Positions 1 through 11,528 of a stretch of 64,000 nt of DNA are shown one piece after another. This stretch comes from Moniliella sp. 'wahieum' (Eukaryota). The notes beneath the pieces were generated by a model. That model saw only the letters and a program-made list of their open reading frames with translations, ran no database searches and was not told the DNA's origin. A program made the translations under genes and the position numbers. Numbering within the stretch: position 1 is the stretch's first letter; each line of letters begins with the position of its first letter. The stretch covers positions 682,001 through 746,000 of the forward strand of contig RSEE01000023.1 in assembly GCA_003971905.1 (NCBI GenBank). Direction: 5' to 3'.

Positions 1-655
1 GGAGAGGAGGGGGAGCCATAGCCTCCTGCTTGTGTTGCCCTTTGGCAGCGTCAAGCGAGGGCAGGCTCTTTACTCGCCGCGCAACAACGGTACCCGCCTT
101 GGTATCGGCTGAGGTTGTGTTGCTACGACAGGGGACAGACTCGGGCGGCTGAGGGCCGGTATGCGGGGGATTGGGTGTGATGGGGAGGCATGGCGGCTCA
201 GGGATTGCCTCCTGTGGCGTGGGGGGCTTGTCCTGTACCGCATGTGGTTGGGGCTGGGGTGGATGTGGCAGAGAGGTCTTCGGCCGAGATGAAGCGGTCG
301 CCGTCGGTGAGGGCGCGGACAAGCTGGCGGGCGCGGGGAGGGAGGGGTTGCTGGGGAATGGCCGAGGGCGGGGAGGGGGGAGGGTGCAGCTCCGGCGGCT
401 GGACGTGTGCCATGTCGGGAGAGGGCGGGGCTGGGAAGATGCCGCTAAGCGCGGGCGAGACGGGGACGCCACGTGGGGGGGCAGGAGGGCGTTGCGCTGG
501 GTCTGGCGGCGTCGTGGCGCGGGGGGAGGGGGCGGTCGAGGGGAGCGAAGAGAGCGGGGGGGCGCATCGGGGAGGTCGCGGTCGGGCGAGGAGGAGGCGG
601 GTGCGACGGGTGGGGGAGAGGGGCAGAGGGCGCTGGCCCGCGGCAGGGCTGGCAT
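1..655 (-). CDS. 5' part of a Pro/Ser-rich protein running off the window start; function unknown
   Basis: ATG at 655 opens MPALPRASALCPSPPPVAPASSSPDRDLPD..., continuing by frameshift into ORF 198..797. Low complexity, no recognisable domain. Confidence 0.35.
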   Translation of the reverse strand, partial: MPALPRASALCPSPPPVAPASSSPDRDLPDAPPRSLRSPRPPPPPAPRRRQTQRNALLPPHVASPSRPRLAASSQPRPLPTWHTSSRRSCTLPPPRPRPFPSNPSLPAPASLSAPSPTATASSRPKTSLPHPPQPQPHAVQDKPPTPQEAIPEPPCLPITPNPPHTGPQPPESVPCRSNTTSADTKAGTVVARRVKSLPSLDAAKGQHKQEAMAPPPL

Positions 656-1390
656 GGCAGCGGCGGCTAGCCGGATGTGGTGGAGTGGAGAGGAGTGGAG
701 TGGAGAGGCGTGGAGAGGAGTGGAGAGAAACAAGGGGGAGAAGCGGTGGAGAAGAGGAGCGGCTGGGCTGAGTGCGCAGCCAAGCGGAGGCAGACAACTG
801 GGCTGGTTTGGGAGGCTGCTGCGCTCAGCCCCCCACAGCATCCACGCATCAGCGCATCCAGCCTCACCCTCACCCGTCCCAGCCTCCACCCGCCGCCGGA
901 GTGCCGCAGCCCACCCACACTGCCCCTGCGCCCTCCTATTCACCCCGATCACGTGTTGCGCGGGGGCGCACCATCCATCCCCGCCATTTCCATCGCCATC
1001 GCCACTGCCACCCATCCCCATCCCGCTCCCTCCCCATCCAGCACACATCATTCACCTGGCATCGCAGCGGGGAAGCTTAGATTCGGCCTGGCGTCGCATG
1101 GCAGCCGCCCTGTGCCCGCCTCGCTCGCGCCGTTTAACGTTTAGGCTGCGTGCGCTGGGCTTGCTATTTCAGCAGCGCCTGTCCCACGTCCTCCCCTCCA
1201 AGCAAAGCCTCACGCGTCCGGCGGCGGGATGACGTCACCACGCATCCCAAGTCGCTGTCGGGAGCGGGTGGGGCGAAGCTTAACCTACACCCGTGCATCA
1301 GCGCAGTGTAGCACACAGCTCCCCCTGCGCCCTCTCGTCCGGCGCATGTGTGCACCCTACCTACCCCTCACCTGTGCAGAACCCACCCGC

Positions 1391-1430
1391 ATCACTCGTC
1401 ACTAGTCACTAGTCACTAGTCACTAATCAC
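1391..1430. repeat. Tandem heptamer array (TCACTAG)n, about 6 units
   Basis: TCA starts at 1392, 1399, 1406, 1413, 1420 and 1427. Further copies near 1466-1487. Confidence 0.9.
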
Positions 1431-4400
1431 GTGTGCATGTGACTTCCACCTCAAGTCGCTAGCTTCACTAGTCCTATCACTAGTCACTTCGATATTATGC
1501 CACTACTGACATCGACTGAGATCTGAGATCCGGGGTAAGTCCATTCACCTTTCCAAGCGCACACTTGGCCCCAACAGACCAGAGAACCAACCGCCTCCAC
1601 TTGTGGCATCCCATTGCTTTCCTTCCTCTCCCACCCCTCCCACCCCCCTATATGCTCTCTCGCACGCCACCCCCCGATTTGGCTGTCCTCCGCCTTTGTC
1701 TCTTCCATACAGGGAGCAGGGCACTGTTGCCATCTACATCTCCCCCAGCCGCCAAAAACGTGGGCCTCCAGATCGCTCTCTCACAGTCAATGGCAGAAAT
1801 AGCTAGGGATGATTAGGGGTCGAAACACGAGAAGATACTCCGTCCAGACATCCATCAGCTTCCCTCTCTATAATCGAGCATTAAGGCCACGTTGCCTTGG
1901 TCGTCGCTCACATCCTCGGGCGAAGGTGGCCCTTTTCCCGGAGCTAGACCTGTCCATGATGAGGATGCGGAATATGTTGACACGGTCAACGTTGCGTCTT
2001 CCTCCCTCGGACCCAGCCGCGTATGCCTACTTCTGTTGGTCATCGTCTTTCTGTTTTCCTCTACTTCATCGTCGTTTGCTAGTGGAAATTGGACGTTGAT
2101 GGCGTTGATATCGGGACCAACTAGCCTTAGCAGGATGAAAGTGTCGTACAGTGCCGATCCGGTCTCGGACTGTGTACGTGGAGTTTCTCGCTCGTATTAT
2201 GTTGGCTGGTGTTGGCTGAATAGAAAACGAGGCAACGTGCGCGTCCTACTTCTATCTTCTCATCCCACACCTGCGTCTCGTATTGTCCAACTCTCCCAAC
2301 AGTACAGTCATCTTTTGCCCACCGGGTCGGTTCCTAATCTCTGCTGTGGTTTTGCCCCTTCTCCACAAAAAGTCACTCTGACGGAGGATCACACACACCC
2401 ATACCCACCGGCTGTGCGTATGATCCTGTTCTAGATCTTCCTTGACTCCCTTGTGTGTGCCCTCTCTACGTGTTGTTTACAACCGTGTGATTAGGATTAC
2501 TTATATCTTCTTCCTCTGGTACATAAAACACCATAGTCTCGGCCTGTACGCCCTTTTTGGCGAGGAGAAGACGGAAGGAGATAGGTAATAGCATGGCAGC
2601 CGATGGCTCTCACACGTCCTCCACGTTGCTCTCGGACGTATGCCGACTTGGCAGCATGGAGGTGGGGGAGATGTAGGAAATAAGGGGGCACCAAGGAGAT
2701 ACACACCGCCCCATTTCATATTCTCCTTCGAAAAACAGACTCTCCCTACAGTAGGGCCACATGCTGCATCTTACTCGATGGATTGGAGAGGGTATGGGTA
2801 CGCCACCCAACATTCCGCGATATCTTGGTCTTCCGGGATATAAGGTCTCGTTCGCATGCAGAATATGGTGCAGCAGGAGTTCGTTACACGGGGCGTGCAT
2901 GGTGTCGCTGTGCGAGGCGGGGACGGATGGTGAGCGAGAGGGAAGGATGTCAGATGAAGCTGATGAAGTGCGCGGTAGGTGAACAAGAGGAAGAGGATGA
3001 AATTTGAAATGTGTATGGAGTGGTCGCTGGCGCAGAGGCCACCCAAAAGGCCACGCACGGACAGCCCGAGCCTGCCCGAGCACAACGGCACACCTCCATC
3101 AGTAACCGGTAACTAAAGCTAGTAACCGGTAACGGTAACCCCAGATGTCCAACGCGGCTCCTAGTCACTTAGTCACGGTGCTTAGGCCCCGGCCCAGTCG
3201 CTTCCACCATCTTGCTCGGCGGGATCGATGATCCATTCGCCTTCGAAGTCTTAGGCTTCAGGCGCTGAGGCTCTCGGTCCCCGTCGGCAGAGCTAAAAAA
3301 CGCTGGGTCGCACATGCATCACACACCAGTATCAATAGATCGGAGAATATTGCTCGTTTGGCCGCCGATTGGTATACGATCGATGATTTCGGTTGCTACT
3401 CCACCCAGCCGTCCTCTGCAGAGGAGGATGGGTCCGATGGGCTACCTTCATGTTGCCACAGGAGATAGCAGACGCTGGCAGAGGTGACCCAACGCCCTAC
3501 AAAAGGGCGCATTGGCACATAATCCAACTGCGTTCCCGAGAGAGATGAGACTGCCACACCGAGAGAGAGAAGATTATTGTGATACCGGTGACGCGCTGTC
3601 TTTTTGCCATCGGGGTTGCCGCAACACAACACACCCATCAGAAAGGTCAATGTGTTTGGGGGAAGAGGCGCATTGTGAAGGTGCATCCTTTGTGGTAGTG
3701 GCACAACACATTATGTTGATACCCTTGGGATCGTTTGCATGCGCGATGGGTGTGCTAATAGGTCGCGCGCCCCTTCATGATGACGCGCGAGATGTGTTAA
3801 TTGTGTTCACTACCACACAATTAATGAAAGACGCATATTCGAACCTGCGCCTGTGTGTCGCTTCCCCCTCAACTTCAGAAGCGTAACGGTGTTGCGAATG
3901 CAATGCATTGCTTCTCCCCCCCGCCCAAAGCGTCAGAGACAGCTTGAGCAGGGGCCAACAACCGGTGAAAGCATGGCTTGCCGATCAGGCGTATAGAGAG
4001 TGGGGACTCTACTGACTAGCTGACTGCATAACGAGTATACACTTGAGTGGGCAGTTGCGTGTGCTTCTTACTGCCCGAGCGTCGTTGATTGTAAGTGCCA
4101 CGTTGCGCAGCCCTCCTGGTGGGGGTTCCAAATGCTGGGTGTTGCACATACCCCAGTAGGATTCTTCTTCGACTTGCCCCTGGCATCTGCTGCAGGTGCC
4201 CAATCGCCGCGCAGCTGCTTCCGGAGCCTTTCTTCTTCCACTGGCCGTCGATCAAGACATGATCAACCAAAGGGCAATCAGTTGCCCCTCTCCGTGCTGA
4301 GACGATTTAAAAGCGGACGTGTCCAGCTTCTGTCCCAACTGTCACCAGTCCCCTCCATTCCCCACTCTCCCCCTGAGTCCACAGACCCCCCACACTACAG

Positions 4401-4432
4401 GCTGTGCGCGTCCCTCTCCATTCTCTCTCATC

Positions 4433-5889
4433 ATGCAGGTATACCAAATTCTTGCTGAGTACTTGGACCACAAGCCTCTCTCCATCTCAACCTCGTCGGT
4501 CATCGCAGAGCATGCCAACAGCCTCGTGCGACACAAGATGTTCGACCTCTACGGTTCGGATGTGGTAGCTGAGAAAAACGCATCTGTCGCAACTGAGGCT
4601 CTCACCAATCTCCTGCTGCAATCAAACTTCCCCACCCACATCAGTGGCTCGGTGAAAGGCGACTTGGATGCTTACCTGAACAAATGTTCCTTCACTTGCT
4701 GGAAGAGTATCGTCCCAACCACTCTCCTTCACAGGCGTCTTCTCATAAAGACGAGAAGGAAAGCAAGTCACCTTCGGGCTTATACCGGCCAAGCGTCTAC
4801 TCGGTGCTCAATGCCTTCAAAAAACAGGAGGACCACATGCTAACCAGCGAAAGAAAGCTCTGAGCATGATGACAGGGCTCTCCTCGAGCCAGTTTGATTA
4901 ACCATGTGAGTACCCCTTCTTACCCTTCTGGTCCCGGTCCACTATCGGTAAGTAAAGAGAACTAGGACTAACATGGTGGTTTTCTCCCAGTTCCAAAACT
5001 CACGTCGCCCTGTCGAATCAAAGCAGCGGGCAGGCAAGAGCAAGCAAGAGCAGCAAGACCAATCGGCCTCGGCGGCCTCTCCCCAGGAACACTCTTTGGT
5101 TTCTGGCCTGCATCCTCCAGCTGGGATGGGTCCGTTCTGCCCTCTGAACTTCCACTTCGGCACCGACGCGCACTTCGTCCATCACTTCCTCGACCCTCAA
5201 CTCGGCTCTTACTTGCACAAGCCACTTGCCCTGGTTCTCCCCAGCCGATTGCTTCACACCTCTCGTGGACCGTGGACAGGAGACGCGCTCCAAGCGGCCG
5301 TCACTACCTCTCTTTCCTCCCTCTGCCGTGTCACTCACGCCTCCCCTAGTCAACCCAGTGGGGGCTCCAACCACGACAGATGACACCATGTACTTGAACA
5401 TGATGAACGCGACAGGCAACCTAATGTCTCCGTTCCTCATGCCCCCCATACCCGTCTTCTCTCCTTCTGTTCAGTGGCGCCACTGAACACTTCGGCTGCG
5501 GAAATCTCGTCGCCTAACCCTCCCCCAACAACCACCTCCTTTCGTCCTCATCCTCTCTATACCCTACCCAACCTCTTGTTGGCGCCGATCAGGAGGCCGA
5601 ATCGGAAACGGCACTTCAACTGCTGCTCGGAGCCATCGACCAGGGCGGGATGGATGGGTGCGACCCGCTGGAATCAACCCCTTCTTCCTTCTTTCAGGAC
5701 GACGTCAGCTTCAAATTCTCCTCCCTCTTCTCCCCCTCCGAGTTGGAGACAGGGGCGGCAATGGAAAATGACCTAATGGTTCCGGACTTGGCGCTTGTCG
5801 CCCCCCATTCCTCGATGGTGAAACCCGAAGCCCCGTCCCTTGAAAACACCCCGGGCAGTTGGGACTGCATCACTCCATCGCTCATCTAA
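4433..5889 (+). CDS. Candidate homeodomain transcription factor, HD2/bW mating-type-like, with one intron at 4906-4990
   Basis: After about 3 indel corrections it reads ...GLYRPSVYSVLNAFKKQEDHMLTSERKLLSMMTGLSSSQLINH|FQNSRRP. The intron GTGAGT..CTAAC..CAG falls directly before FQN. About 115 aa precede the homeodomain and a Ser/Pro-rich tail follows. Confidence 0.5.
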
Positions 5890-6401
5890 GAGATCTAGCT
5901 GGCACCTACGCACTGGCCCCCTCGATTTGTTGTGAATACCCTACTGGCCCCGCTTCTTCCTTCTCCTTCTATTCCTTTTTGGACCCGGGAGGCCGTCGTT
6001 CCTTGTTCTTCTATATCTTGATATATCTGCATCTGCTCCCAGCTCCGCCCCGCTTCGCCGCCTTGACCGTCGTAGCATATACTGAACCCTTTATATTCTC
6101 TGCATATACTATGAAAGAAGTTTCGCAATCACCCACCCGGTAACCTATCTGGTTTAGTTTCCTCCCCCAACGTCATGCCAACGTGCATCCATTGGCAACA
6201 GAGGCAAGGCCACCGGGTAAGATGGCATCAACCGTCAACGAGAGGGTGTGACAATACAACGGTGTCTATAGATAGTCCAAGAATGGGGGGGGGGGGAGGT
6301 GATGGGAGAATCAAGCTTCAAGGCGTATTAGCGTTCGGCTTGAGCTGACGTCAAGGGGGCAGAGGGGGACATGTCCTGATGCTGCAAGTGGCGTTACCGG
6401 G

Positions 6402-8234
6402 TTACCTCCTCCTCGGTTGGGAGGCAAGGGTATGTTTCTGCTCGCCCCACACCATGACCCCGAACCCGCCCAGAATGAGTGCGCCCCACCAAGCCCAACA
6501 AGGTAGGACGGTTACCCAGCAGACCGTCTGCCCCTCCACCAGGACGGTGGTGAGAAGACAAGAGACGGCAGCAAGTACCGGTCCCCAAAGACCCAGTAAG
6601 ATTGCTGCCAAGGCAAAGTTAGCTTGCTGTGGCAGACTGGGCGCGACCAGGCCAGCCAATCGAAACGAAACAGAGAGTCACGCACAGAAACAAGCATTGA
6701 ATACGATCCCAAATCCTGCCACCGCGGCCAGGCTGACGTACACCATGGGATTGGATGGCAACTCAAACGGTTCCCAACCCACAACGTGAGCGACGACCAC
6801 CATTGTCCACAGCAACGCAGCGGTGCACACCCCGATGAGCGACGTGACGTGACCAGACTGGCGTGCAAGCCAAAGGGAAGCGGAGGAGGGCGAGGGTCCC
6901 ACCGTGCCTCTTCATGCGTAAGGAAAGGAGAGACGGGCAAAGCGGCGTCTTGCGCACCGGCAGACAGCCCCGTTGCTTCCGCGTCGAGGGTGCCGTCCGG
7001 TCGAAGTACATCCAATGCCCGTCCGCCTGCACTACTCTCGGCATCCGATTCAAACGGCAACCACGTTCGGCCGGAATCCAAGGTGGTTTGGGTGGGAAAG
7101 CGTTTCAACTCGTGGTCCCCTGCAGTGTGCTCTGGTCCACGTCACTTCCCACCTCGAGTTGGGCCTCAGCATCGGTGTCGGTGTCAGTGTCGTGTCGGTG
7201 TAGATCTCGGAACCGCGCCTGCTCTCCGTCGTATCCACATCCGACTGCCGCGGCGCAACCGGCTCCGCAGGTGGCAACATATTCTCACCTGGTAGCGTTC
7301 CCAGCAACTTGAACAGCACCTCGTACAATCCCATGCTGATCGCGCCGAGCAAGGCAAGAAGATCACCGACCAGGGCATGGGGGTACGTCGTATCCTCCGA
7401 CTCGGTGCCGCTGTACGTGGTCACAGTAACGCCCAGTACGGCAACGGCGGTGGCAATCACCTTGAATGCTCGCCATTTGTCGCCCAAGATCCACACACTA
7501 AACACCAATGCGGCCAGGGCATTGGTGTTATAAATCGCGCTAATGTCACTCATGCGCGTGTAGGGGACAGCAGCGTACCAGCTCATAGCAGCCACGCCAA
7601 CGCCGATGGTCAAGATCACGCTGCAAGTCAAAGTGCGGAAGAGGACGTGGGCGGTAGATAGGGCGGAGGAGGCGCCGCCCACATTTCCTTCACCACCTCG
7701 GTTGCTGCGTCCACGTCGGCCTCGGCCGCGGTGGCCAAGGCGTGGTGGCGCGGACTGGCAAGAACAGGGAGAGCACGAGCATGCCATTGGATCGCCTGCC
7801 ACAGCAGCGGGAGGTAATGGGCGCGGATGGACTGGCCTGTGCGCAATCGCAGGCCGCACAGATGAAGGGGGAGGATCAGGGCAAACGAGCTGTGGCCCAG
7901 ATAGAGCGACAGAACGGGCTTGCGGGTAGCCCAGGCCGGCTTGAACCCAGGCGGCCGATTCGGTCTGGGCCGTGTAGGCAAACAAGCTCAGGACAAAGGC
8001 ACCCACCGCCGGCTGGCCTCCAGGCAGCGCATCCAGGGCAGCGCCCGCCCGCCGCACAGCGCCGGCACCGGGCACACGCTCCCACCAGGCGGGCCCAGCC
8101 TCGGCGCGGGCGGCCGGGCGCAGGAGGGGCGTTTGGTGCTCGTACTCGTGCTCGCGCTCGTGCTCGTTCTCGTGCTCGTGCTCGTGCTCGGCAGCACGGG
8201 ACGGAGGCGGAGATGCACTGGAGGGCTCCCGCAT
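6402..8234 (-). CDS. DMT/EamA-superfamily transporter (SLC35F/Thi74-like)
   Basis: Motifs AYTAQTESAAWVQAGLGY, SWYAAVPYTRMSDISAIYNTNA and LVGDLLALLGAISMGLYEVLFK, with multiple hydrophobic helices. N-terminal HE repeat at about 8136-8190. Confidence 0.8.
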
Positions 8235-8930
8235 CGGTGGGGGCGGTCACCAAGTCGGTCAGGCACGCGTCGGGGCATTCCAACCCCCGCCAGACACCGA
8301 CCCGCGAGCGACAGACGGGGTGGTGGCGGCGGGGCGGGGCACCGCTTACCACATATCACGTGCCACCCCACAGCAAGCCACTGCAAGGTTTGTGATACAA
8401 GTGACGTGTGACGTGGAGGTGATAGCTTGACGTAGACAGGCTATGTGCTGCGCTGGCACTGGGCCAGAGATCGGGCTGCGCGCCTGCGCTTTCCTTTCGT
8501 GCCGGTGTTCGCTTCGCCTGTTGTCTTCTCTCCGCGGCCGACACCGTTTCCACTCGATACTTCGTCCACCCTCCGTGCTCGCGATCAGCTACCTAGCTCA
8601 TTCAGTCACTAGGGGCCATCACATTGCGGCTAGTTGGTCACGGTGCAACACACGCAGCTGGTACTCGAGCAGGCTGTGACGACTCAGTCCCGGAAGGTCT
8701 ATGTGGATGCATGATGTTGGTGCGGCGTTTTTTGGGGCCACGAAGAATGGCCTCACACGCCACATCGCTGATCCTTCTGTGATTTGGTCGCCAATGCTGT
8801 GGTCCCGATGACAGTGTGAACTATAAGATGGGAAAGCAGTCGAAGAAGAGGATGGTATACACGCATTAAGAGTCGTGGGCCCAGAAGGGAAGCGCATCAC
8901 ACAGAACGTGAAACAGAGAGAGGAAGGAGG

Positions 8931-10774
8931 TTAAGGAGGATAGATACGAGGGAGGAGGGTGGCAACGCGCACAAGAGGAGGGAAGCTGGTGGAGGGTAGA
9001 ACGGTAGTAGGGGGGGGATTAGGCCACACCGAATCTGAATGGGCCTCTTTTTCCTTGTCATCCTCTTCAATGTCGACGGGAGCGACAGTGGCAATGTGCT
9101 TGTCGGTAAAGTCATTGTAGGGATAAGGCAAGGGGTGGGCCTCGGGCCGCACGCCCGTCGCAATCTCCACAATCTCGGGGTGGATCGTGGTCGTCGGCCC
9201 AACAAAGTGCTTGCGCGCCTCAAAGATCCATGTCAACACACAGAAGAGAGCGATGACTGCCTCGGCCACAATGGTCCAGTTCATTTCGTTGCCCCCCGTA
9301 ACCGGTACGGCGGTGGGGAAGAAGAAGAAGACGGTCGTGACCAAATTAAAGGCAACGGCAATGATGTTGATCACCGGCCCGGCCCGGCCTAGGTTCCAGC
9401 TGCGCTGTTGACCCGGCGGAACATAAGCATCCAGGATGCCGCGTCCACGGAGAAGGATGATCACGACCGGAACCATATACGACGTCTGGAAGTTGATCAC
9501 GGACGAGTCGAGAATCGCTCCATACCCAGCGGGCGTGCCAAGGTAAATCAAACCAAAGACGGTGACCAGAAACTGGTAAAGGTGATTGCCATGACAGGCG
9601 TGTGGAGCGTCTTGCTTTCGTACTGCCACCAGCGGTGAAAGAACAAGGCGCGGTCCATCGCAAGCGAGTGCACAACCCGCGACGCGGCAGTCAGGATGCC
9701 CGTCGCGGCAAAGCACATGGACAAAAGGGGGAACATGTTGAGGCAAATGGCGCCGGCCTGGTTGCGCGTAGCTTGGTACAGGATCTCCAGGAGTGGACCT
9801 GCGCTCGAGGTAATCACCATGTTATAGTCGCTCAAGCAAAAGAGCAGAACGATGAGGAAGACAAGGCTCAGACTCGCGCCGAGCATAACGGCCATCACCA
9901 TAACTACACAGAAACACAACCAGTCAGCTTTGAGCATGGGTGAGACGAGAATGGATGGGAGTGCATGAACGTACTTGCAGGAACGTACTTGGCCGGGTTG
10001 TTCACCTCCTCGGCAATGTGCAATACCCCGTCAATACCTGTTATGAACAAAAAACGTTAGTGGAGGAAGCAGACGCGGGGGGGGGTATAGATGTACACAC
10101 CAGTCAAGGAGAAGGCCGATTGAAGCAAACCGAGGATCCAGGCCACCCCGTCAGGCCAGCCAGTGTGTTGACGAAAGTGGCAAACACGAATTTGCCGGTC
10201 TGGAACTTTCCCGAAGAGCAAGCGAGGCAGACGATCGACATGACCGTCACACCTGCAATCATCCAGAGAAGCGAAGCGCGATTGACCGTGTCAAGCAACT
10301 TGATGCCAAACACGTTGATAGCCCAGGCAGCAATGGTGAGAGCAAGGTAGATGAGGAAGATGTGCCAGTTCTTTACCTCATAGGTGGGATCGCGAAGGGC
10401 AATGATCCCGGTAACAAACTGAGCAAAGATCGAGGAGGCAGAAGCTGTGACGGCAATCCAGCCTGCACCATTGATCCAGGCTGTAATGTAGGAGATGACG
10501 ATGCGCCGCTTCGTGTACTGCACCCCCTGTGGTGCGCACAGAAGATAGGCCCAGCTCGAGACGCCGGACCAAATCGGGAGCATGCTGCAATCTCAGCCAG
10601 GGAGAGGGCCATGCACAAGATGCCACACCAGCTCGCCACCATGCCCCAGATAACTGCTTCAGGTCCACCCGAAGACAGGACAGTCGAGAGCGATCCCGAT
10701 GCTGCGATGGGCGAATTCAGAATGGACAGACTGACGCCGACGGCGGCCATGGGCCCAAAGGACTTGCGTGGCAT
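8931..10774 (-). CDS. APC-superfamily amino acid/choline/GABA permease (Hnm1/Uga4-like); the true start may lie further upstream
   Basis: Motifs MPRKSFGPMAAVGVSLSILNS..GGPEAVIWG..LSLAEI, SYITAWINGAGW, TAASRVVHSLA and WNLGRAGPVINIIAV. Spliced, with frameshifts. Confidence 0.88.
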
Positions 10775-11454
10775 GTTGGCAGATGGGGGGGGGGGGGCGA
10801 TGTTGTTGGTGGTGCTGCCGGAAGGGTTAGCAACAGCAGGAAAGAAAATGAGAACGTCCTCCTGTTGGGAGCGGGCAGAAGCGTGCTGTTGGGCTTTATA
10901 GTGCCGATGCACGGATGCGGGTGCTGGGCGGGTCGACTTGGATCCAACTCCACCTCTGGCCGGCGGGAGGGGCAGGCGGGGAGTGTGATGGGCTGCGTAA
11001 CTGCGCGTGTCGTGCCCCTTACTCTGGAGCGGCTGGCCCCGTGCCAAGAGAGGCTGGGGTGGCGCATTGGCCCGCAGGACGCTATCCGTGGCAGGCAGCG
11101 CTGGGCCAGCGGACGGCGGCTGGCAATGCGCCGAGCGAGAGTGGCTGAATCGACGCGGTAGCTTTGCGGGACGTCCTGGCCACAGTGTTGCACTGCCCCC
11201 CAGGGCGAAGGCGAAGCCCACGTATGTACCGTCCGAGGCTGCGGCGCTGAGGCACTAGGGGGGTGACGCATATGACCCGTGAGGTGTGGCGTAGGACACT
11301 ACTGCGGTCCCAGCCGCCCTGCCTACGCCAGCCTTCACATCCACACTTGGGTTCCTGACGGCACAGTGGAGCACACTGGCTTGGACCCGCGCACACAGGC
11401 TGGGTGCGATTAGTTGTCCTTCGACGGTGTGCCTGGCGTGTCGGAATTCAATAT

Positions 11455-11528
11455 TCAGCGCTCAGCGCGCTTTGGCGCTTCAAGCTTCAAGCTTCAGCGC
11501 CTTCAAAGCTTCAGCGCTCTGCTTCAGC
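11455..11528. repeat. Heptamer-periodic array (TCAGCGC / TCAAGCT units)
   Basis: tcagcgctcag...ttcaagcttcaagcttcag... Confidence 0.8.

Noticed and set aside
171..1232. Long plus-strand ORF (353 aa) and many similar long GC-rich ORFs, e.g. 39150..40544 and 51500..52300
   Set aside because: These are antisense or off-frame shadows of GC-rich genes on the opposite strand, with no domain signal.
2501..2719. LWCFMYQRKK as the helix 3 of an HD1/bE homeodomain
   Set aside because: It lacks the WFxNxR pattern, and an alternative frame reads more like protein.
11479..11496. TTCAAGCTTC arrays as heat-shock elements
   Set aside because: They lack the alternating nGAAn/nTTCn 5-bp geometry and fit the 7-bp-period family instead.
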